Source of the DNA: Eubacteriales bacterium
Lineage (GTDB): Bacteria > Bacillota > Clostridia > Oscillospirales > JAAYXM01
Direction of reading: 5' to 3'
NCBI GenBank assembly: GCA_045533555.1
Contig: JAZSHZ010000209.1
Location: forward strand, 1-56,981
DNA length: 56,981 nucleotides
Shown: one piece after another, positions 50,401 through 56,981 of the stretch
Numbering within the stretch: position 1 is the first letter of the stretch
Layout: each line of letters begins with the position of its first letter
The notes under the pieces: generated by a model
Seen by the model: the letters and a program-made list of their open reading frames with translations, nothing else
The model's database searches: none
Told to the model about the DNA's origin: nothing
Position numbers and translations under genes: made by a program

Positions 50401-52221
50401 TTATATGTTAAACCAAACGAGCATCTCGCGCTCGCCGCGGTTTGCAAAGGAATAATATGGGATGAACTGAACCTCTGCGGTATCCGTATCCGCAGAGTAT
50501 TTGTAATAAAGCGGAGCATTCTTTTTTGCCTTTGTGCATTCAAGGCTTGCTTTGAGCGTTATCGCTCCGATTTCCTCGTCGAAGGTCTCAACGAACTCGT
50601 CATCGATTACGCGCATTGATTTTAAGTTTGTTCCGATTTCAGCTTCGCCGCAATAGACGATCGGACCGCGCTGAAGAGCAACTCTTCCTCCGTTTTCCGT
50701 TACATTGGGATGTGCTTTCACAAAGAAAGGAGTCATCTCAAAAGAAACGTTTATATCGCCTTTCGGATTTTCTATGTATGCATATCCGTTTTTCTTTGTA
50801 TACGGGCAATCAATTATAAATTCATCGCACCAGCCGGGGATTCGGATTGCAAGATTTTTTATATCTCCCGAAACGGAGAAGGTCATCTCTCCGCTTCTCG
50901 GATAATCCGTTCTTGAAGTAATCTTTATTCCGTTATGGTTAAGCTCGCCGGATGCGAACTGATTTACATACACCGTGTCATCGGAGAAAGAATAGAAATA
51001 CTTTTCAATCGATGCAATGTGTCTTAAAATGTTCGGCGGACAGCAGGAGCAGTCAAACACTTCGACTCTCTGCTGAATCGGCTGATATGTAGGTGCTTCG
51101 TCATAAATGTCATAACGCGTAAGAAGTCTCGGATCTGTTTCAAGGGGGTTTGTGTAGAAAAACTTCTTGCCGTCAAGCGAAACACCCGAGAGCATACCGT
51201 TATACATAACTCTTTCGAGAATATCTGCGTACTTCGAATCAATCTCGATTTCCGACATTCTGCCGGCAAAATACATCATTGCAATTGCCGCGCACGTCTC
51301 CGCATAGGCAACATCATTGGGAAGATCGTATGCATGGGTGAATCGCTCGCCATAGCGGTCAGAACCGACGCCCCCGGTTATATACATTTTTCTCTCCGCT
51401 ATGTCCTCAAAAAGCGTTTTGCAGACATTGAAAAGCTCTTTATCCGAAAGCTCGGCGGCAAGGTCCGCCATTGCGGAATACATATACAAGGCACGGACGC
51501 AATGTCCGACAGCCTCGGTCTGCTCACGCACGGGCTTATGGCTCTGGAATTCTATATCGGGAAATTCGGGGATTCCGAGGCTTTCGTTGTGACGTCCGCG
51601 CTCACTTATGAAGTAGTAGGAAAGGTTAAGATACTTCTTATCTCCCGTCTCCTTGTAGAGCTTAAAGAGCGCAAGCTCTATTTCCTGATGACCGGGAGTG
51701 AAGAATTTCGCACTTTTTTCTTTGACGAAAACCTCTTCGACATAGTCGACGTACTTCTGCATCATCGAAAGAAGCTTATCTTTTCCCGTTGCGTTCTTAT
51801 AGGCTATGCCTGCTTCGATAAAATGACCGAGGCAGTAAAGCTCGTGATTGTTTCTGTTTGTGAATCTGTCTTCGGGGAAGAGCGTTATGTAGAAGGAGTT
51901 GAAATATCCGCAGGGGAGAGCGTTTTTTGCAATTTCCTCCACCATATCATCGATAATCTTTTCAAGCTCTGCGTTTCTTTCACGCGCGAGGATGTAGCTT
52001 GTTCCCTCAATCCATTTTGCCACATCGCTGTCCCAGTATTCGTGGGGCTTGTTTGGCTCTCCCTCTTTCCAACTGCAGGAGAGAGCATCAAATCTTCCCG
52101 TTTCCTTGAAGCGGTCATAAACTGCTTTTGCCGTGGCGTTGCGGTTTATGTCCTGACGTTTTTTCCAGAAGCCGTCCGAAAAGGAAAACTCCGTAAATTT
52201 TATATTCTGTGCCTTGAGCAT
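50401..52221 (-). CDS. GH127 (DUF1680) beta-L-arabinofuranosidase family protein (~606 aa), no signal peptide
   Basis: Typical N-terminus MLKAQNIKFTEFSFSDGFWKKRQ. YAETCAAIAMM and FDCSCCPPNILR match the Glu/Cys zinc-site and Cys-nucleophile motifs known from HypBA1. Start set at ATG 52219-52221 with GGAGGT 5 nt upstream; the ORF is open to 52299. Confidence 0.85.
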   Translation of the reverse strand: MLKAQNIKFTEFSFSDGFWKKRQDINRNATAKAVYDRFKETGRFDALSCSWKEGEPNKPHEYWDSDVAKWIEGTSYILARERNAELEKIIDDMVEEIAKNALPCGYFNSFYITLFPEDRFTNRNNHELYCLGHFIEAGIAYKNATGKDKLLSMMQKYVDYVEEVFVKEKSAKFFTPGHQEIELALFKLYKETGDKKYLNLSYYFISERGRHNESLGIPEFPDIEFQSHKPVREQTEAVGHCVRALYMYSAMADLAAELSDKELFNVCKTLFEDIAERKMYITGGVGSDRYGERFTHAYDLPNDVAYAETCAAIAMMYFAGRMSEIEIDSKYADILERVMYNGMLSGVSLDGKKFFYTNPLETDPRLLTRYDIYDEAPTYQPIQQRVEVFDCSCCPPNILRHIASIEKYFYSFSDDTVYVNQFASGELNHNGIKITSRTDYPRSGEMTFSVSGDIKNLAIRIPGWCDEFIIDCPYTKKNGYAYIENPKGDINVSFEMTPFFVKAHPNVTENGGRVALQRGPIVYCGEAEIGTNLKSMRVIDDEFVETFDEEIGAITLKASLECTKAKKNAPLYYKYSADTDTAEVQFIPYYSFANRGEREMLVWFNI

Positions 52222-52308
52222 TTTTACCTCCAAAAAACAATACGCCGATGTTATGTTATCATACAGTTTAATTCTAATAAATATGAAGAAGTTTATCAAT
52301 GAACAATA

Positions 52309-52329
52309 ACTGTAAATAGTGAGAAAAAA
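52309..52329 (-). promoter_or_regulatory. Candidate regulated promoter element upstream of GH127 (12-mer plus -10-like hexamer)
   Basis: Minus-strand reading TTTTTTCTCACT (52329-52318), ATT, TACAGT (52314-52309). The same 12-mer followed by 3 nt and TATAAT occurs in the cassette-C AraC promoter (53253-53233). Confidence 0.35.
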
Positions 52330-52344
52330 CGACTTGTTTCACAA

Positions 52345-52384
52345 ATATTAAAAAGAGCCGTGAAATTTTATTTTCCACAGCTCT
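52345..52384 (-). terminator. Rho-independent terminator of the cassette-C AraC gene
   Basis: Minus-strand reading agagcugugg aaa / uuucacggcucu: about 13-bp stem with one G:U pair and a bulge, followed by UUUUUAAUAUUU. Lies 27 nt downstream of the stop at 52411. Confidence 0.65.
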
Positions 52385-52410
52385 CTCGCTTTTTACGTTC
52401 GTATTCGTAT

Positions 52411-53202
52411 TTATTTGTTGTTCATATGAATTTTATAATACATATTCCGAAACTTGGTGGGTGACATTTTCTCATGATATTTAAAGAACTTTACAAAAAG
52501 ATTTTCATCATCGAAGCCGAGCTCATAGGCTATATCCTTGATGCTTGCCTCCGTCGTGAGAAGAAGTTCCTTTGCGCATTTTATCCGCTCACGGTTTATA
52601 TAGTCCTTGAGCGTCAGCCCCGAATACCTTTTAAAGAGCCTGCTTATATATGTTTTGTTATATCCGAACATCTCCGCAATATCGCGCACCTTCATGGTCT
52701 GGCGGATATTCATTCTCACCCATTCGGAGATTTTTGAAAACGCCGTCGTCGATTCGTTTTCACGCTTTCTGCCGACGGATGCGAGATGCGCGATGATCCC
52801 CCCGCAGGACATATCCTTTGCATAATCCGGCGCATCCTCCGTGTTTGCGATATGAAGAAGCTCGCGAAAAAGCCCGAGCGTCATATATTCGCCTTCCGTC
52901 GATATGCATTTCTGCATTCCGAAATAGCTTATGTCGTCAGTCAGGAAATGCACCCAGAAAAACTCCGTCGTCCCCTCACTCGTGACGGTTCCCGTATGGA
53001 TCTTTTCGGGCTCGAGAAGTAGCGCATCGCCGCGCTTTAAATGATAATTTATCCCGCTCTCCTCGATATGCACCTCGCCCTGAGTAACGTAAATTATCTC
53101 AAAGCTGTCTATGATGCGGCGCGGGTGAATCCATTTCTTCGCCGTTGAAAAAAGCCCCGCCGAAACATATTGAAGCTCAGCTCCGTTATTGATTTTTATC
53201 AC
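52411..53202 (-). CDS. AraC/XylS family transcriptional regulator (cupin plus HTH, 263 aa), cassette C
   Basis: Cupin (FEIIYVTQGEVHIEESGINYHLKRGDALLLEPEKIHTG) and HTH (VRDIAEMFGYNKTYISRLFKRYSGLTLKDYINRERIKCAKELLLTTEASIKDIAYELGFDDENLFVKFFKYHEKMSPTKFR). GTG start at 53200-53202 with GGTGG/AAGGAG upstream; there is no in-frame ATG nearby. Confidence 0.85.
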   Translation of the reverse strand: MIKINNGAELQYVSAGLFSTAKKWIHPRRIIDSFEIIYVTQGEVHIEESGINYHLKRGDALLLEPEKIHTGTVTSEGTTEFFWVHFLTDDISYFGMQKCISTEGEYMTLGLFRELLHIANTEDAPDYAKDMSCGGIIAHLASVGRKRENESTTAFSKISEWVRMNIRQTMKVRDIAEMFGYNKTYISRLFKRYSGLTLKDYINRERIKCAKELLLTTEASIKDIAYELGFDDENLFVKFFKYHEKMSPTKFRNMYYKIHMNNK

Positions 53203-53232
53203 GCCGCCACCACCTTTCTCCTTAAACCTTAT

Positions 53233-53259
53233 ATTATATCAAGTGAGAAAAAATGTCAA
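53233..53259 (-). promoter_or_regulatory. Promoter of the cassette-C AraC gene
   Basis: Minus-strand reading TTGACA (53259-53254), 15-nt spacer TTTTTTCTCACTTGA, TATAAT (53238-53233). This gives an extended -10 TGATATAAT. About 30 nt upstream of the GTG start. Confidence 0.6.
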
Positions 53260-53284
53260 CACACCGATTTCAAAAGAGGCAAAT

Positions 53285-53313
53285 TTGCTTTTTTCTCTGT
53301 TTTATAGTATAAT
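53285..53313 (+). promoter_or_regulatory. Candidate promoter of the ketopantoate-reductase-like gene
   Basis: TTGCTT (53285-53290), 17-nt spacer, TATAAT (53308-53313). About 30 nt upstream of the ATG at 53344. Confidence 0.4.
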
Positions 53314-53343
53314 TGATTCATCAAATTTTGCGAGGTGTTCACA

Positions 53344-54360
53344 ATGGGCAGATATGCCATATACGGCGCAGGTTCACTCGGAACAATTCTCGGCGCTTAT
53401 ATAACAAAAAGCGGAACAGATATTGACCTTATAAACCGCAACGAGGCGCACATCGCGGCGCTTCGCGAAAACGGCGCGAAAATTCGCGGAACCGTTGAAA
53501 TGACTGTTCCCGTCAATGCCCTTCTCCCTATGGAGATGGTTGGAAAATATGACGTTATTTTTCTTATGACAAAGCAGCTTCAGAACCGCGATATCGTCAC
53601 GAAGCTTTCGACTCATCTTTCCGAAAACGGCGTTATCGTAACATTGCAGAACGGGCTTCCCGAACCGGGAATCGCCGAAATCGTCGGCAATGAAAGAACT
53701 ATCGGTTGTGTCGTTGAATGGGGAGCAACGCTTGTCGAGCCGGGAGTCTGCTTACTTACAAGCGACCCGAAGAGTCTTTCCTTCCATATGGGAAAGATGG
53801 AAGGCATTTCGGATGAGCAATTTTCTCTCGTCAAGAGTCTTCTTGAAAAGATGTGCCCCGTCCACGAAGAAAAGAATCTTCTCGGTGCGCGCTGGTCAAA
53901 GCTTCTCATAAACGCGACATTCTCCGGCCTCGGAACTGTCGTCGGCGGAACATTCGGAGATGTTTCCGAAAACAGCGATGCCCGAAAGGTTGCAATCCGC
54001 TGTATGAAGGAATGCATCGACGTTGGTCACGCGGCGGGCATTGAATTTGCCCCCGTTCAGGGCAAAAACATAGTATCTCTTTTCTATTATGAGGGCCCGA
54101 TAAAGCGCGCAATCTCGACACTTCTCCTGCCGATAGCAATGAAAAAACACCGTGAAATTGAGCCGTCCATGCTTCAGGATATCAAAAATGGTAAACCCTG
54201 CGAGGTTGATGCGATAAACGGAATCGTCTGTGAATGGGGCAGAAAATGCAACGTTCCGACCCCGATAAACGACAGAATAGTTGAAGTAATCAAAAAAGCA
54301 GAGTCGGGCGAAATCAAACCTCAGGCAGCGAACATTCATCTTTTCGACAGTCTGCTATGA
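53344..54360 (+). CDS. 2-dehydropantoate 2-reductase (ketopantoate reductase, ApbA/PanE) family oxidoreductase (~338 aa)
   Basis: N-terminal Rossmann motif YAIYGAGSLGTILGAYI, mid-protein ...TLQNGL... and the C-terminal ...SMLQDI..GK..EVD.INGIV... block typical of the family. Start set at ATG 53344 with GAGGTG 6 nt upstream. Confidence 0.8.
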   Translation: MGRYAIYGAGSLGTILGAYITKSGTDIDLINRNEAHIAALRENGAKIRGTVEMTVPVNALLPMEMVGKYDVIFLMTKQLQNRDIVTKLSTHLSENGVIVTLQNGLPEPGIAEIVGNERTIGCVVEWGATLVEPGVCLLTSDPKSLSFHMGKMEGISDEQFSLVKSLLEKMCPVHEEKNLLGARWSKLLINATFSGLGTVVGGTFGDVSENSDARKVAIRCMKECIDVGHAAGIEFAPVQGKNIVSLFYYEGPIKRAISTLLLPIAMKKHREIEPSMLQDIKNGKPCEVDAINGIVCEWGRKCNVPTPINDRIVEVIKKAESGEIKPQAANIHLFDSLL

Positions 54361-54370
54361 TAATGCGGAA

Positions 54371-54410
54371 AACCCCTGAATTCCGATTGGAATTCAGGGG
54401 TTGTTTTATT
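54371..54410. terminator. Bidirectional rho-independent terminator
   Basis: 14-bp perfect stem aacccctgaattcc/ggaattcaggggtt with a 4-nt loop, followed by gttttatttatt. Located between the convergent stops at 54358-54360 (+) and 54413-54415 (-). Confidence 0.85.
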
Positions 54411-54412
54411 TA

Positions 54413-55918
54413 TTATTTTGCGAAATCGATAAGCGCTTTTGCATCGAGCTTATCGTAGTTTGCGATGAAGCCTGCAAGTTCTTTTGCAATTTTCTTTGCG
54501 CCGCCGACGTCGTTACTCTCGATATTGAGCGGAAGAAGCGGGTCGTGGAGAGAAAGACGGAGGAGGAACCAACCGTTGCCGCGCTCCTCATCGAGGTTTA
54601 CGCGCACACCCTCAAAGTTTGAAGGCGCAAGCGACCATCCGCTCTGCTTTCCTGCATATGCGGTAAGCTCTTCTATAACCTTCTCGCCGTATGCCTTGAA
54701 ATCATCAAGAAGAATATTCATACGGAATTCAACGCTTTCGGCAGGTTCTTCAAGGCTTGCAATGAGAGATTCAAGAGTATATCCCTCTTTCTTTCCTCTT
54801 GCAAGCTCGATGAGAAGCTTCGTTACGATATATGCGCCGTCATCAAGGAAGTAATTTTCCTTGAATGCGCCGTGACCGGAGGTTTCGATTGCAAGCTGGC
54901 TGTCCTGACCGCTTTCATTGAGGCGGATAGATTCATTGATAACGTTTCTGTATCCGCGCTTGAAGCGATGGTGAACTCCGCCCTTTTCTTCAATGAACTT
55001 TGCAAGTCCCGTCGACGTGATCGAGTCAGTGACGATGGTTGTTCCCGGATGCTCGCGGAGAAGTATTGCGGAGAGAAGCGCAATTATACGGTTGCGGTTA
55101 AGCTCACTGCCATCAGAAAGAACTGCGCCTGCGCGGTCAACGTCCGTATCGAAAATGATTCCGAGGTCAGCGCCCGTCTCATTGACTGCTTCCGTTATGC
55201 TCTTCATTGCTTCCTTATCCTCGGGGTTCGGAATATGATTCGGGAACGAGCCATCCGGATCGAGGAAGCGGCTTCCCGCTGTCTCCGCGCCGAGGGGCTT
55301 GAGAACCTTATCAACATAGAATCCGCCCGCACCGTTACCTGCATCGACGACGATCTTAAAGCCTGCAAGCGGCTTCTCCTCACCCGTTGCCGCACGGATC
55401 TTATCCGCAAGGATCTTTGAATATGTATCCATAAATTCTCCGCTTACGATAGCGCCTGCGGGAAGAGAGGTCTTCTCCTCACCCTCAGCATAAGCAAGAA
55501 TCTCTTTAATATCACCTTTTTCAAGGCCGCCGTCCTTCGTGAAGAACTTGAAACCGTTGCGGTTGAAGGGAAGATGGCTTGCGGTAATCATAACGGAACC
55601 GTCAAACTCATAACCCTCTGTTACCGTCGACATAAACATCGCAGGTGTGCTCGCCATGCCGAAATCAGTTACCTCAAGGCCGGACTCTGCCATTGCGGCG
55701 CAGAGCCATCCCGAGAGCGCTTCGCCCGAGAGACGCGAATCGCGGCCTACCGCGACGCGGATATTTCCGCTCTTGCCCGATTTTTTCATAAGCCAGAGTG
55801 CAAAGCCGCGCGCTATATTCTCCGTTACCTCTTTCGTGAGATTTACGGACTGACCTTCTATACCTTCGAGAGCGACACCTCTTATGTCGCTTCCGTTCTG
55901 AAGCTTTTTATAATCCAT
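54413..55918 (-). CDS. Phosphohexomutase (phosphoglucomutase/phosphomannomutase family, ~501 aa)
   Basis: Active-site loop MITASHLPFNRNGFKFF (phosphoserine), metal loop IIFDTDVDRAG, and sugar-binding ...AIETSGHGAF.... Start set at MDYKKLQNGSDIRG (ATG 55916-55918) with GGAGGA 7 nt upstream. Confidence 0.85.
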   Translation of the reverse strand: MDYKKLQNGSDIRGVALEGIEGQSVNLTKEVTENIARGFALWLMKKSGKSGNIRVAVGRDSRLSGEALSGWLCAAMAESGLEVTDFGMASTPAMFMSTVTEGYEFDGSVMITASHLPFNRNGFKFFTKDGGLEKGDIKEILAYAEGEEKTSLPAGAIVSGEFMDTYSKILADKIRAATGEEKPLAGFKIVVDAGNGAGGFYVDKVLKPLGAETAGSRFLDPDGSFPNHIPNPEDKEAMKSITEAVNETGADLGIIFDTDVDRAGAVLSDGSELNRNRIIALLSAILLREHPGTTIVTDSITSTGLAKFIEEKGGVHHRFKRGYRNVINESIRLNESGQDSQLAIETSGHGAFKENYFLDDGAYIVTKLLIELARGKKEGYTLESLIASLEEPAESVEFRMNILLDDFKAYGEKVIEELTAYAGKQSGWSLAPSNFEGVRVNLDEERGNGWFLLRLSLHDPLLPLNIESNDVGGAKKIAKELAGFIANYDKLDAKALIDFAK

Positions 55919-55950
55919 TTCAAAATCCTCCATTTTATATGTTATATTTT

Positions 55951-55979
55951 ATTTTATCACGATTTCTTCCGATAATCAA
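55951..55979 (-). promoter_or_regulatory. Candidate promoter of the phosphohexomutase gene
   Basis: Minus-strand reading TTGATT (55979-55974), 17-nt spacer ending TGA, TAAAAT (55956-55951). Confidence 0.45.
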
Positions 55980-55982
55980 CAG

Positions 55983-56017
55983 AAAAGCCACGACAAATCA
56001 AATTTGCCGTGGCTTTT
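55983..56017 (-). terminator. Rho-independent terminator of the 2-hydroxyacid dehydrogenase gene
   Basis: Minus-strand reading aaaagccacg...cgtggcuuuu: 10-bp outer stem plus inner caaat/atttg pairing, followed by cuguug after U4. Lies 5 nt downstream of the stop at 56022-56024. Confidence 0.7.
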
Positions 56018-56021
56018 AAAA

Positions 56022-56981
56022 TTATGCAAGAATTGAAAGCTTTGCGAGATCGATCTCGCTCTCCATTCTTTCGCCCTTAACGAAGCGCTCAACTTCCTCA
56101 ACCGCATATGTCGCCATACGGGTGCAACCGTTGTTCGCCGCGCCTGCGATGTGCGGCAAAAGAACAACATTCGGAAGGCTTCTGTATGGATGATCGAGAG
56201 CAGGCGGCTCCTGATTCATAACATCTATTATTGCCGTGAAGCGGTTCTTGCGAAGCTCCTCAACAAATGCGGGCTCATCGATGACATTCGCGCGCGCCGT
56301 GTTGATAACAACCGCACCATCCTTGATGAGATGGACATTTCCTGCATTGAACATATTGTCTGTTGCGGGGATATTCGGAGCATGAATGCTTATGACATCG
56401 CTTTCGCGGAGAAGGTCTTCAAATTCGCGCTTCTCGCCGCCGAGCTCTGCAATCTGCTCCGCGCTGAGAGTCGGATCATAGACAAGGATATCGACAACAA
56501 AATTCTTGAGAAGATTGATGAAGGCTCTTCCTGCCATACCCGCGCTGATAACACCGATCTTTATGCCGTAAAAATCCGTGATGATATCATAGTTATCGCG
56601 CCATAGTCCTTCCCTTGTCTGCTTGGAAAGGGTGAACATTCCCTTGCAGGCGGCGATTGCCGCTCCGAGCGCCGTCTCCGCAACTCCGCGCGAAAGCTCC
56701 TTTGCAGCGGAGGTAACACGGATTCCGCGGGATGCATAATTCTCATTTATGACACCCTTGACAGAGCCTGCCGCATGGACATGAGCAATGAGATTCGGAC
56801 AAACCTCAAGCATCTTATCACTTATGTGGGGAGAGCCCCACGTTGTAATGATAATATCGGAATCCCTGAGAAATTCAAGGACATATTCTTCATCATCAAA
56901 AGTCTCTCTGTCATACACGCGAAGGTCTCCGAGCTTACGAAGCGCTTCAAAGTGCGACTCAAGAAAAACTATTCTCTTTTT
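56022..56981 (-). CDS. D-isomer-specific 2-hydroxyacid dehydrogenase family protein (5' end runs off the window)
   Basis: NAD-binding GVISAGMAGRAFINLLKNF..DILVYD, then catalytic ...INTARANVIDE... and ...LLPHIAGA.... The frame stays open upstream of the track's GTG (56918) to the window edge (KKRIVFLESHFEALRKLGDLRVYDRE...), so the true start is at or beyond 56981. Confidence 0.85.
   Translation of the reverse strand, partial: KKRIVFLESHFEALRKLGDLRVYDRETFDDEEYVLEFLRDSDIIITTWGSPHISDKMLEVCPNLIAHVHAAGSVKGVINENYASRGIRVTSAAKELSRGVAETALGAAIAACKGMFTLSKQTREGLWRDNYDIITDFYGIKIGVISAGMAGRAFINLLKNFVVDILVYDPTLSAEQIAELGGEKREFEDLLRESDVISIHAPNIPATDNMFNAGNVHLIKDGAVVINTARANVIDEPAFVEELRKNRFTAIIDVMNQEPPALDHPYRSLPNVVLLPHIAGAANNGCTRMATYAVEEVERFVKGERMESEIDLAKLSILA

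Noticed and set aside
1-56981. I looked for CRISPR arrays, rRNA/tRNA genes, transposases, integrases, reverse transcriptase/DGR components, toxin-antitoxin pairs and known defence-system genes.
   Set aside because: None was recognised. The only repeats are coding paralogy (SLH cassettes, modules) and short promoter motifs. The variable modules have no adjacent RT or template repeat, so a DGR explanation is unsupported.

Overview
56,981-bp window from a Gram-positive, Clostridia-like genome, judged from GGAGG Shine-Dalgarno sites, SLH cell-wall anchors and many TGnTATAAT extended -10 elements. I recognised no rRNA, tRNA, CRISPR array, transposase or integrase. About 65% of the window (36,954 nt) encodes seven paralogous secreted proteins, all on the minus strand, in three cassettes. 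Cassette A: AraC regulator 14349-15230, then 860-aa partner 11724-14306, then 2,901-aa giant 2960-11665. Cassette B: 585-aa partner 25452-27209, then ~2,365-aa giant 18334-25431, with a divergent GH20 gene and a second AraC gene next to it. Cassette C: AraC 52411-53202, GH127 50401-52221, ~919-aa partner 47617-50376, 2,344-aa giant 40519-47553, then 2,337-aa giant 33484-40497. Each giant has a signal peptide and several CBM-like beta-sandwich modules interleaved with Big_2 Ig domains. These are followed by a conserved core with an invariant Cys4 zinc-ribbon-like insert and a heparinase II/III-like (polysaccharide-lyase fold) domain. The C-terminus carries a He_PIG-type Ig domain, a Gly/Pro/Thr linker and three SLH repeats. 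Each partner copies the N-terminal modules of its neighbouring giant but has no lyase core and no SLH anchor. Between the cassettes lie three glycosidases without signal peptides (GH42/GHL6-like, GH20 GcnA-like, GH127), a cyclase-family hydrolase, and a PHP / peptidase-C26 / SLH-Cys-His operon. The flanks hold a Gfo/Idh/MocA oxidoreductase, a frameshifted Listeria-Bacteroides-repeat surface protein gene, a ketopantoate-reductase-like gene, a phosphohexomutase, and a 2-hydroxyacid dehydrogenase that runs off the window. Each cassette shows its own short DNA motif repeated at fixed positions in its promoters, which are candidate AraC operators. My interpretation is a Gram-positive PUL-like surface glycan-processing locus whose central giant enzymes, and their partner-protein logic, appear uncharacterised. 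All assignments come from reading motifs by eye; no database search or folding was run.
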